DNA of 64,000 bases from assembly GCA_023228325.1 (NCBI GenBank), contig JALOBK010000001.1, positions 1,094,133 through 1,158,132 on the forward strand, given 5' to 3'. The notes beneath the pieces were generated by a model. The model saw only the letters and a program-made list of their open reading frames with translations, made no database searches and was not told the DNA's origin. The stretch comes from a bacterium (lineage in GTDB: Bacteria; Auribacterota; UBA6266). A program made the translations under genes and the position numbers. The stretch's first letter is position 1; every line of letters starts with the position of its first letter. Positions 10,882-20,315 of the stretch are shown in pieces.

Positions 10882-12056
10882 TGATTTTTAAAAAGCAGGT
10901 CGTTATAAAAGAGATTGAGAGAGAGTCGTCTTATGATTACCGTTTGCTGAAAACATGGGCTGAAATAGATCTTTCAAACTTGAGGAACAATATTAAAGTC
11001 ATAAACAGGATGGTGGGCAGGGACATTGCTATAATGGCCATAGTCAAATGCAATGCCTACGGCCATGGAGCGATAGAAGTATCAAGAGAAGCTGTTAAAC
11101 TCGGAGTAAAAGCGCTTGGGGTTTCGAGTTTGTCGGAAGGCATTGAATTGAGAAACGCTTTCAGCAATATTCCTATAATAGTTTTAAGTTCCGGTATGAG
11201 CGGACAGGCGGAAGAATTTATCGAGCACAGGTTATCTGCGGTGGTATGCTCATGGCAAATGGTCAATGCTCTGTCCGCGGCGGCCCGCAGCAGGGGGACA
11301 AAAGCAGCCGTCCACATAAAAATAGACACAGGGATGGGGCGTATAGGCGTATGGCATAAGCAGGCGGATGAGTTTGTGAGGTCCGTTTATAAAATTCCTG
11401 ATATTATTATAGAAGGGGTTTGTTCCCATTTTGCGACATCGGATGAAGAAGACCTTGAGTTTGCAAATCAACAGTTAAGATGGTTTGCGGATTTTCTGGG
11501 TAAGATAGGTGATATCCCGATCAGATTCAGGCATATATCAAATACCGGGGGGATATTCAATCTTCCCTCGGCGCATTTGAATATGGTGCGTCCCGGCTTA
11601 TCGATTTACGGCGTCAGCCCCTCGGATTTCGTAAAAGACAGCTCTAAGCTTGCCCCGGTCCTTTCGCTGAAAACCAAAATTGCGTTTATCAAAAAAATTC
11701 CCGAAGGGAGAGCATTAAGCTATGGAAGGACTTTTATTACGGATAAACCGATGAAAGTCGCGACTTTACCGGTGGGCTATGGAGACGGCTATCCCCGCCT
11801 GCTTTCAAACAGGGGATACGTGCTTATCGGCGGGAAAAGAGCAAGGATACTGGGAACTGTCACCATGGACCAGATGATGGTGGATATTACCGGAATAAGA
11901 AATGTAAAAGTGGAAGACGCGGCGGTCCTTATCGGGAAACAGGGCCGGGAAGAGATTACCGCCAGGGAAGTTGCGCGAATGGCCGATACCATCCCGTATG
12001 AGATATTTACTTCAATAAATAAGAGGGTCCAGAGAATCTATATAGACAGGGGTTGA
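10881..12056 (+). CDS. alr: Alanine racemase
   Basis: AIVKCNAYGHG (PLP lysine), HIKIDTGMGRIG, VRPGLSIYG, GYGDGY, TMDQ, TIPYE. Confidence 0.96.
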   Translation: MIFKKQVVIKEIERESSYDYRLLKTWAEIDLSNLRNNIKVINRMVGRDIAIMAIVKCNAYGHGAIEVSREAVKLGVKALGVSSLSEGIELRNAFSNIPIIVLSSGMSGQAEEFIEHRLSAVVCSWQMVNALSAAARSRGTKAAVHIKIDTGMGRIGVWHKQADEFVRSVYKIPDIIIEGVCSHFATSDEEDLEFANQQLRWFADFLGKIGDIPIRFRHISNTGGIFNLPSAHLNMVRPGLSIYGVSPSDFVKDSSKLAPVLSLKTKIAFIKKIPEGRALSYGRTFITDKPMKVATLPVGYGDGYPRLLSNRGYVLIGGKRARILGTVTMDQMMVDITGIRNVKVEDAAVLIGKQGREEITAREVARMADTIPYEIFTSINKRVQRIYIDRG

Positions 12057-13733
12057 TTAATTCCCGTCCGTGATTTTTCCGGCAAGATCTATGATATCAC
12101 GTTGAATCAGATATGCCGGAGAGTCCCCGTTCTTTAAAACGAAGAATGAACCGTTTTCGCCGCGGATAATTTTAAGCGTAAAAATTTCTTCTTTATCGTA
12201 AAGCTCAATGGTTAAAAACGGCTCCGAATGTATGAATTTTTTTCCGGTCAGGACTTTCTCCGCCTTCAGTTCCATTAGTTTCCAGAGAAGATCGTTGATT
12301 AAAGAGGCGTTTCCGTTTCCATCCCAGCGGTTTCCCCCGTTCTTGTTAAAAGTGTATACGCCTTTGTCATCCTTGATTTTTACGGAAGAGATTTCGACGA
12401 TGGGGAAAGACATGACCTTCCTGGATATAAACTGGCAGAAATCCAGGTCGTAAAGCTTATATTTCAAGCCGCTGTCCAGGACAAGGAAATAATCGTCTGC
12501 CGGGGTTTTGGCGTAAAGGCTGCCGCCGGATTCATAAAAATTTATATCCCATGCGGAGTTGCCGCAAACGAATTCCACTTTTGCCGCCGGGCCCGGGAAA
12601 ATTCCTGTATCCGCCTGTGTGATGGAAAGAGCCTCTGTCCTGACGAACAGGTTAAAAAACGCGAACACCGCGTTGTAATCGGCGTCATAATTACCGGCGG
12701 GAGAAAGAAGCTTCCATTCGTTTTTTTCTCTCACAAGCTCTATCAGGTTATCCCCGGCGGAAATTTTAATCGAGCTGGATTTTACCACCTCTTCAGTCGC
12801 CAGCCTGAGGTCCCTGAAAGTTTCAATTTCGGGAGATATCTTTTTGAGTATGGATGAATCTATAATACAGACAGTGTCGAGGTCTTCCTGATACACGTAC
12901 ATTTTCCTTCCGTCATCTGAAAATGGGCCGAAAAAAAAGACCTTTTCTTTGTCCGAACCCGAGGGCTTGATCCTGATAGTAAGAGAGTTGTTATCGAATA
13001 TATGCGCGGGGATGCCGCCGGGCCCGGGAAATTCCTCGATTCTTGCGGAAACCACGGTATTTATAAGCTCAGAAAAAGCTTTTGAATTACACCTGCTCTG
13101 AAAAGGCCTGGTGATTTTCCAATAAGATCCCATATTGGTGAATTCCGCAATCTTATCCTGTGTCTGGAAAACTATCCTGTCCGTAAATTGCGGAAATATC
13201 TTTATAAGCTGTTTTGTCCTGAATTCATCCGGTTTTAATTCGCATAATGTTTTTATAAGTTTTTTTTCAACTACGATTATGCAATTATTGTTTTTATCCA
13301 GACCGTAAGAAGTATCCCCTGTAGTCTCAACGCCTGAAAAATCTATATGTGATGCGCCGGAGGGAGAAGATATTGAAACGGAGCATACAGGGGAACTGAC
13401 CCCGGTTTTTTCGGCCAGTTCTTTATCATAGTTGATGGCTCTTATTACCGGCGAAAACTGCATGTCAAACAGGAATTTGTTTACCTTTGCCGAATCCGCC
13501 GGATATTTGAAAGGCGCTGTGATTTTCCATTCGACGCCGGATTTTTCGAGAGATATTTCTCCGCCGGCATTTGACACAGACAAGCTTTCAACCCTTGAAA
13601 AATCATATGAAAAAACTTTGGCGCGGGATATGATATCTTCTTCCCGTTCCGGTTCCTTTAATTCCGCCCTAATAATATAGAATCCGAGACAGGCTGAAAC
13701 AACAAACAGAATAAAAACGTGTCTTGCTTTCAT
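12057..13733 (-). CDS. DUF4340-domain periplasmic protein
   Basis: N-terminal TM; repeated WKITAPFKYPAD / WKITRPFQSRCN / WKLLSP...AD units; downstream of GldG-like gene. Confidence 0.75.
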   Translation of the reverse strand: MKARHVFILFVVSACLGFYIIRAELKEPEREEDIISRAKVFSYDFSRVESLSVSNAGGEISLEKSGVEWKITAPFKYPADSAKVNKFLFDMQFSPVIRAINYDKELAEKTGVSSPVCSVSISSPSGASHIDFSGVETTGDTSYGLDKNNNCIIVVEKKLIKTLCELKPDEFRTKQLIKIFPQFTDRIVFQTQDKIAEFTNMGSYWKITRPFQSRCNSKAFSELINTVVSARIEEFPGPGGIPAHIFDNNSLTIRIKPSGSDKEKVFFFGPFSDDGRKMYVYQEDLDTVCIIDSSILKKISPEIETFRDLRLATEEVVKSSSIKISAGDNLIELVREKNEWKLLSPAGNYDADYNAVFAFFNLFVRTEALSITQADTGIFPGPAAKVEFVCGNSAWDINFYESGGSLYAKTPADDYFLVLDSGLKYKLYDLDFCQFISRKVMSFPIVEISSVKIKDDKGVYTFNKNGGNRWDGNGNASLINDLLWKLMELKAEKVLTGKKFIHSEPFLTIELYDKEEIFTLKIIRGENGSFFVLKNGDSPAYLIQRDIIDLAGKITDGN

Positions 13734-15148
13734 TATTTTCTCCTGTTCAGCCAGGCGATAAAGGCGAATAATGCGGATATTCCCGGAAGCGCAAAAACAC
13801 AGAGATTCCTGACTGTGCGCAATTGGGTTAAATTCAAAAGCAGTTTTGTGTCTTCGGGTTTTTTTGCCTCGATTGAGAGAATCTTAGTTTTATTCAGGCA
13901 CCAGTTGGTTAAATTCGCGAAAAGGTCGGCATTGGACCTGTTTGCGATCTGGGAGTTTGAGCAAAAATCGGAATCGCCCACTACAACCAGCCGCATGGGA
14001 AATTTACGGTTTTGGGAAGTTGATGAAACGCATATCGGGACAGGTCCCTCCCTGTCCTTATCTTTATCAAAAGTTACCGGAGAATCCGCGGGCTCTGTCT
14101 CGCCCCATCCGTTTTCGGTTGTCGCGCACAGAACCTCGACTTTATACCCTGTGCTTAAAGGGTTTGGATTTACAGACCTGGCAAGCGGGTGTATGGTGGC
14201 GCTTTTAATGATCCGTGAAGTGGCGGTGTGTTCGGGATTGAAATTTTCTATATATAGGTTTGAAATGTCCACAAGCGGTATTTTTCTTGACGGGTCTATT
14301 ACAATATCTTTGCCGACGACTATCCCTTTTTCTATAAGGACATTTTCAAGGCCGGTGTATATCATCGGGTCCATAAGCATTAAAGCGGACCCCCCGTTGT
14401 TCAAGTAGTTGTTTACGGCGATAATTTCCTCTTCCGAAAAAACGGTTTTCGGCCCCGCGATTATTAACAGGGCGCAATCGGGCGGCACAGAAGAGGTTTT
14501 TAAAAGATCTATTGTTTTTACATCGATATTCTGCCTTTTGAGTATTATGGAAGCATGCCCCATTTCATCTTTTTGGGTTGAATCGGGGATCTTCTCTCCG
14601 TGTCCTGTCGTGAAATAAACGGACGAAGATATGTCTTCAATCAGTTTGAGGATAGCCGACGACAGGGCTTCCTCCCCGGAAAATTCGATGATTCTTCTGT
14701 AAGCCCCTTTTGCGTCGCCTCCCGAGATTACGGCGACATCCGTATCCCTGATAACTTCTATTTTATCTTTGTAAGAGATAATCATGCAGTTTCTGTCCGC
14801 GAATTTTGTTTTCTGGGCAATGAGTTTTAATCTGGTAATGTCTTTATCCGGATCAACCAATTGAACGGCGATCTTATTGTTTTGAGCGGAATATTGTTCG
14901 AGCAGCCTCAGTATCGGGGTATAAACGATATTGGCGGGATCGAAGATCACATATATGTTCATTGTTTTATCGATGTTTTTCAGAAGGCAGACCGTCTTCT
15001 CGGACAAAGTGTTTATTCCGCTTTTTGTCATGTCAAACCTTATATTATGGCGATGAGCGATAAAACCGAGCATGGAAATAATAAGCAAAGCGAAAAATAC
15101 CGCCGCGGATATATTGATAATGTTCAGTATTCTTCTTAGTCTATTCAC
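13733..15148 (-). CDS. GldG-like ABC-type uncharacterized transport auxiliary protein
   Basis: RFDMTKSGINTLS, YFTTGHGE, LIIAGPK, LVVVGDSDF, NWCL, C-terminal TM. Confidence 0.88.
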   Translation of the reverse strand: MNRLRRILNIINISAAVFFALLIISMLGFIAHRHNIRFDMTKSGINTLSEKTVCLLKNIDKTMNIYVIFDPANIVYTPILRLLEQYSAQNNKIAVQLVDPDKDITRLKLIAQKTKFADRNCMIISYKDKIEVIRDTDVAVISGGDAKGAYRRIIEFSGEEALSSAILKLIEDISSSVYFTTGHGEKIPDSTQKDEMGHASIILKRQNIDVKTIDLLKTSSVPPDCALLIIAGPKTVFSEEEIIAVNNYLNNGGSALMLMDPMIYTGLENVLIEKGIVVGKDIVIDPSRKIPLVDISNLYIENFNPEHTATSRIIKSATIHPLARSVNPNPLSTGYKVEVLCATTENGWGETEPADSPVTFDKDKDREGPVPICVSSTSQNRKFPMRLVVVGDSDFCSNSQIANRSNADLFANLTNWCLNKTKILSIEAKKPEDTKLLLNLTQLRTVRNLCVFALPGISALFAFIAWLNRRK

Positions 15149-15887
15149 CGGCGCCCTTCCTGTTATAAGAAATGAATGTCAGCAAAATGAAAAACCAGCT
15201 GAAGGAAATAAAATACACGACGCTTTCAAGGTCGATAATCCCGATCGGGAAATTGGCGAAATTATTGGGAAAAGACAGAAAAGATATGACTGCTTTCCAG
15301 TCAGAGTCGGAAACGAAATCTTCCATTACGCCTATTGTGAGAAAAATAAATGATATGGCTATGGCCAGCATATATGAAACCAGCTGGTTCTTGCTTAGAG
15401 AGGATGTGAAGACCCCTATGGAAATGAGCATAATGCCCGCAAGCGCGGTTCCGATGTACGAGCATAAAATGGGTCCCATGTCCGGTTTGCCGAAGAGAGC
15501 GACTATCAGCACATACGAGAAAGTAGGCAGCCAGAGAAACAGGAAAAAGATGTAACCGCCGGCTATTTTTGAAAGAATTACATGCCAGCTTTTCAGGGGG
15601 GATGTTTTTATGATTTCTATGGTTCCTGTTTTGTATTCTTCCGAGAACAGACGCATTGTGATGGAAGGGGGAACCATAAGCAGAAGAACCCAGAACAGCC
15701 AGGTGCCTCCGAAAAAGAATCTCATTACGGAAATTATGCCGGGAGTTCCGGGAATGCTTAAAAGGCCTGTATATATATAGAACATATACCCCGTAACCGA
15801 AAGAAATGCGGCAAGTATTATGTAAGCGACGGGAGATTGAAAATAAAATCTCAGTTCTTTTTTTGTCAGCGCCAGGAATTCTTTCAT
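15141..15887 (-). CDS. ABC-2 type permease (GldF-like)
   Basis: KELRFYFQSPVAY, TMRLFSEEYKTGTIE, SSLSKNQ; six TMs. Confidence 0.9.
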   Translation of the reverse strand: MKEFLALTKKELRFYFQSPVAYIILAAFLSVTGYMFYIYTGLLSIPGTPGIISVMRFFFGGTWLFWVLLLMVPPSITMRLFSEEYKTGTIEIIKTSPLKSWHVILSKIAGGYIFFLFLWLPTFSYVLIVALFGKPDMGPILCSYIGTALAGIMLISIGVFTSSLSKNQLVSYMLAIAISFIFLTIGVMEDFVSDSDWKAVISFLSFPNNFANFPIGIIDLESVVYFISFSWFFILLTFISYNRKGAGE

Positions 15888-16810
15888 TGTATTTTCTGTT
15901 TTGAGGTTATTTCCATAAATAAATCTTCAAGAGAATCCTTTGTATGTTTCATGCACAGAATTTTTGCCCCGCTTTTAACTACCGCTTCGAAGATATCACC
16001 TCTTGAATCCGTATTATTTCTGGTTTGTATCTCCAGTGAGTTTTCCAAAACCCGCCTGATGCCCGACACTTCGCTTATACCGCGGATGTTCTCCAGTGTA
16101 TCATCGCTGATATTTTCGCATTCAAGAAATATTTTTTCGTTTTTATCAAGGCTGACATTGGCGGCGATTCTGCCTTCATTAATAATAAGAGCCCTGTCGC
16201 ATATTGCCTCGACTTCGGATAATATGTGGGTTGAAATAAGGACAGCATGCCGGTGTCCGAGATTTTTAATCAGGTTACGGGTCTGCCTCAGTTGATTGGG
16301 GTCAAGGCCTGTGGTAGGTTCATCCAGTATGAGTACGGGAGGATCCGAAAGTATGGCGTCTGCCAGGCCCACCCTCTGCCTGTAGCCTTTTGATAAATTT
16401 CTGATAAGCCTTTTAAAGACGGGTTCTATGTCGCATATCTTGCATACTTCGGATATTCTTTCTCTTGAGAGTTTTTTACTTTTTATTTTGATACAGCCTC
16501 TGAACGCAAGATATTCCGATACCCTCATTTCCCCGTAAAGAGGGACGTGTTCGGGAAGATAACCGATCATATTCTTTGTTTTTACGGGGTTATTCCGGAT
16601 ATTTATCCCGTCTATAAGGATTTTCCCGCTGTCCGGCGAAAGAAAACCCGCAAGAAGCCTCATGGTAGTGGTTTTCCCGGCTCCGTTGGGCCCGAGAAAG
16701 CCGAGGATTTCTCCCCGGTCCAGCGAAAATGAAACATCTTTTACAGCTGGTATGCTGCCAAAGTTTTTGCTGACATTCAAAACTTCAATAGCTTTCTGGT
16801 TAAGCATCAT
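15884..16810 (-). CDS. ABC transporter ATP-binding protein (GldA-like)
   Basis: GPNGAGKTT, LSKGYRQRVGLA, LILDEPT, STH. Confidence 0.93.
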   Translation of the reverse strand: MMLNQKAIEVLNVSKNFGSIPAVKDVSFSLDRGEILGFLGPNGAGKTTTMRLLAGFLSPDSGKILIDGINIRNNPVKTKNMIGYLPEHVPLYGEMRVSEYLAFRGCIKIKSKKLSRERISEVCKICDIEPVFKRLIRNLSKGYRQRVGLADAILSDPPVLILDEPTTGLDPNQLRQTRNLIKNLGHRHAVLISTHILSEVEAICDRALIINEGRIAANVSLDKNEKIFLECENISDDTLENIRGISEVSGIRRVLENSLEIQTRNNTDSRGDIFEAVVKSGAKILCMKHTKDSLEDLFMEITSKQKIQ

Positions 16811-16943
16811 AGATAATAGAATTTAAACAAATTAAATGTAAAAGTCAACAATACCGGACTTCCGGGAAATGCAACCGTGATATTATAGCAGAATTACAGG
16901 AAATATCCCTGTAATATCCGGATATGTTTTTAAAAAGGTTATC

Positions 16944-16972
16944 TTGTCATAATCAGTTAAATTTTTTATACT
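16944..16972 (+). promoter_or_regulatory. Putative sigma70 promoter of the SLC5/HD-GYP cluster
   Basis: TTGTCA-17bp-TATACT upstream of 17008. Confidence 0.5.
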
Positions 16973-17007
16973 TATAATCAGATATGTTTAGCGGGCTTGG
17001 TTAATTT

Positions 17008-17253
17008 ATGAAAAAAATAATTCAAATCCTGGGCGGGAACAGTTTTGCTTTGTTTGTATTTGTTCTATTGTTATCGTTTTTAAACTGGCCCATTTTATCT
17101 TCTCTGGATAATCTGAGTAGCGGCGGCGCCTACCTTTGTATTTATGCTGTATGGTTAACCATTGCGCTGCTTGCGCTGATTGTCGGGCTGAGCTTTGAGG
17201 GCCCGCCACCTTCAGGTAAAGGCAAAAAAGAAGGCGAAGGTAAGAATGTTTGA
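17008..17253 (+). CDS. Small two-TM membrane protein preceding SLC5-sensor
   Basis: Two hydrophobic helices; stop overlaps ATG 17246 of the next gene. Confidence 0.7.
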   Translation: MKKIIQILGGNSFALFVFVLLLSFLNWPILSSLDNLSSGGAYLCIYAVWLTIALLALIVGLSFEGPPPSGKGKKEGEGKNV

Positions 17254-20200
17254 CCTTTTAACGGTGATACTGTTTTTCTGTGTGTATTTCCTGTTGCTTT
17301 TCCTGGCAGCCCTCTTTGTTGAAAAAAAATCTGACAGGCTGCGGAAACTCATCTCAAATCCTGTTATCTACGCGCTTTCAATTGCTGTCTACTGCAGCGC
17401 GTGGACTTTCTACGGTGATGCCGCAAAGATGGCGAAAGACGGCGTGATATATCTTGCTGTTTACCTCGGTCCCTGCGCGGGTGTTTTTTTCTGGTGGGTC
17501 ATTTTGAGAAAGATGGTGCGGATAAAGAATTCGCATCATATAACGAATATCGCTGATTTTATATCCGCGCGTTATAATAAATCCCAGCCGCTTGCGGCAA
17601 TCGTTGCCGTTTTCTGCCTTTTAGGCACACTGCCGTATATCGCGCTCCAGATGAAAGCGATTATATCCACGATAGCGATAGTTACCACTTCTTCGGGATC
17701 CCAGACCGAATGGCTGGATAAAATCGGTATCCTTGTAATACTTCTTATGATACTTTTTACGCTTGTATTCGGTGTTAGGAGGGTTGACCCCACCGAACGG
17801 CACCCGGGTATGGTTTTTTCCATGGGGCTCACATCCATTTTTACGCTTTCGATGCTGTTGGTCTGCGGGCTGTTTGCCGTTTATTTCCTGAATAACGGTT
17901 TTCAGGATTTATTCGCCAAAGTGTCTTCAAGCCGGTACGCCGGGCTTATGAAAATCGGGTTTTCCGGAGATTCCTCTTTTATCACATGGTTTTCTTTTCT
18001 TGCCGTGTCTATGTTTATGGTTATATTGCTGCCGCGTCAGTTTCATATGAGCGTGGTTGAGAATTCAGATGAAAACAATATAAAAACCGCAATGTGGATG
18101 GTTCCCTTCTACCTGCTTTTAATAAATATATTTATCATCCCCATTGCCTTTACCTCGCTGCTTAAAGGCCTGGCTTTGAATGAAGCTGACACTTTTGTTT
18201 TGCAACTGCCCTATAAATTCGGGAACCGCTACCTTACAATGATGGTTCTGATGGGAGGTTTTTCAGCGGCCACAAGCGTTGTGATGGTTTGTGCCGTAAC
18301 CATTTCCACGATGATATCAAACCATGTCATCCTGCCTTTGCTTAGTTTGACAAAAAGGGTAAATCTTAGCCGCTATATTCTGCAGTGGAGATGGATTACG
18401 GTCGGGATATTCATACTTCTGGGATATCTTTTCGGATGGTTTGTCGGAGAAAGTTACTCTCTTTTTGATATGGGGATGATTTCTTTTGTGGGGGTCCTGC
18501 AGTTTGTGCCCCTGATTATAGGCGGGATTTTCTGGACAAAAGGGAATAAAACCGGCGCTGTTATGGGTCTTACAGCCGGCTTTGCGGTCTGGTTTTACAC
18601 TCTTTTTATTCCCTGTTTCGCATCAAGCGGATGGATCTCTACGTTTTTTATGTCGAATGGCATTTTCGGGCTGAAAATCCTCAGGCCGGCGGAATTTTTC
18701 GGAATAAAATTTCCCGATGCCGTAAGCCATTCTGTTTTTTGGTCAATGTTTTTTAACCTGGGTTTTTATATGTTCGGTTCGATATGTTTCCCGACAAAAC
18801 GGGAAGAAAAGAGAAACGCCGAAGGTTTTACCGGCGCGCTGTCCAGCGATGATATTTTCGCGGGGTCAACAACGAAAGAAGCTCATATTATGCTGGAAAG
18901 CAAGCTCGGGATTATGAGAAAAATCCTGTCCTGTTACCTTCCCGCGGATAAAATATCTCTCATACTGAAGAAAGGGGTTTATCTCACAGGCATAGGGAAG
19001 GGGACGCACATTTCAATTCTTGAGCTGGCAAGGCTTCAGAATGAGATTGAGAAATTGCTTGCCGGCTCGATAGGCACGGCCACCTCTCATAAGGCTATGA
19101 TGGGGGGAGGGGTCTTTACCGTAGACGAATCAAAAGAGTTATCCGAGGCCTATGCGGAGATACTTGCGGACCTGAAATTGACCCCCCAGGAACTTAAGAA
19201 AAAGATTGATTACCATCAGGAAAGAGAAGACCTTCTTTCTTTGCACGCCATGGAGCTTGAAGAAAAGATCAAAGAGCTTGAAGACCTTATAAGCCAGAGG
19301 AAACGAGTGGAAAACGCCCTGAGAGAGAACGAGGAAAAATACAGGGCTTTGTTTGAAAGTTCCAGAGACGCGATATTTATTACGGGTGAGGACGGGAAAT
19401 TCATTGACGTAAATGAATCAGCGCTGGTGCTTTTCGGTTTTTCCAGGGATGAGATGTCCGGGATGGAATATAAGGACATATTCGTGGATTTTATTGATTA
19501 CCACGAATTTGAAAGGGATGTCGAGAAGAGCGGTTCTGTGAGGAACTATGAGGTAAAACTGAAAAGCAAAACAGGCAGGGAAATGGAGTGCATGATAACG
19601 GCTGCCCTGAAACAGAACAGTAAAAAAGATATTTTAGGGCTGCAGGGTGTTATAAGGGATATCACCGAACAGAAGAAAGCAGGGAGAGCTCTTCAGGACA
19701 GTTACAACAAGCTTCAAAAAAATATGGAAAGCACAATTCTTGCCATGGCAAGAATTGTTGAGACCAAGGACCCTTATACCGCCGGCCATGAAAGGAGAGT
19801 GGCTCAGCTGGCCGTTGCGATAGCGCAGGATATGAGGCTTCCCGAGGAACAGATAAACGGCATTTACATGGCGGCTATAGTGCATGATATAGGCAAAATC
19901 TATGTGCCTTCCGAGATACTGACCAAACCGGGCAAATTGACGGATATAGAATTCAGCATCATTAAGACACACCCTCAGCTCGGCTATGATATTTTGAAAA
20001 CCATAGAATTTTCCTGGCCTGTGGCTGATATTGTGCTGCAGCACCATGAGAGATTGGACGGTTCAGGGTATCCTTTCGGCATTAAGGACGAGGATATACT
20101 TCTTGAGGCCAGGATAATAGCGGTGGCTGATGTTGTTGAGGCTATGTATTCCCCCCGGCCATATCGGCCGTCCGTGGGGTTTGAGAATGCGCTCCAGGAA

Positions 20201-20302
20201 ATTGTCGAAAACAGGGGAAATCTGTACGATCCGGCCGCGGTGGATTCCTGCCTGAAACTATTTATGAAAGAAAACTTTAAATTCATTTCAGGGCAGATTT
20301 AA
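17246..20302 (+). CDS. SLC5 (Na+/solute symporter-like)-STAC-PAS-HD-GYP sensor phosphodiesterase
   Basis: YALSIAVYCSAWTFYG and LLPRQFHMSVVEN (CrbS/CbrA-type SLC5), EKLLAGSIG (STAC-like), PAS, HDIGKI/HHERLDGSGYP; ATG 17246 preferred over 17195. Confidence 0.85.
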   Translation: MFDLLTVILFFCVYFLLLFLAALFVEKKSDRLRKLISNPVIYALSIAVYCSAWTFYGDAAKMAKDGVIYLAVYLGPCAGVFFWWVILRKMVRIKNSHHITNIADFISARYNKSQPLAAIVAVFCLLGTLPYIALQMKAIISTIAIVTTSSGSQTEWLDKIGILVILLMILFTLVFGVRRVDPTERHPGMVFSMGLTSIFTLSMLLVCGLFAVYFLNNGFQDLFAKVSSSRYAGLMKIGFSGDSSFITWFSFLAVSMFMVILLPRQFHMSVVENSDENNIKTAMWMVPFYLLLINIFIIPIAFTSLLKGLALNEADTFVLQLPYKFGNRYLTMMVLMGGFSAATSVVMVCAVTISTMISNHVILPLLSLTKRVNLSRYILQWRWITVGIFILLGYLFGWFVGESYSLFDMGMISFVGVLQFVPLIIGGIFWTKGNKTGAVMGLTAGFAVWFYTLFIPCFASSGWISTFFMSNGIFGLKILRPAEFFGIKFPDAVSHSVFWSMFFNLGFYMFGSICFPTKREEKRNAEGFTGALSSDDIFAGSTTKEAHIMLESKLGIMRKILSCYLPADKISLILKKGVYLTGIGKGTHISILELARLQNEIEKLLAGSIGTATSHKAMMGGGVFTVDESKELSEAYAEILADLKLTPQELKKKIDYHQEREDLLSLHAMELEEKIKELEDLISQRKRVENALRENEEKYRALFESSRDAIFITGEDGKFIDVNESALVLFGFSRDEMSGMEYKDIFVDFIDYHEFERDVEKSGSVRNYEVKLKSKTGREMECMITAALKQNSKKDILGLQGVIRDITEQKKAGRALQDSYNKLQKNMESTILAMARIVETKDPYTAGHERRVAQLAVAIAQDMRLPEEQINGIYMAAIVHDIGKIYVPSEILTKPGKLTDIEFSIIKTHPQLGYDILKTIEFSWPVADIVLQHHERLDGSGYPFGIKDEDILLEARIIAVADVVEAMYSPRPYRPSVGFENALQEIVENRGNLYDPAAVDSCLKLFMKENFKFISGQI

Positions 20303-20315
20303 CACAAATAATATT

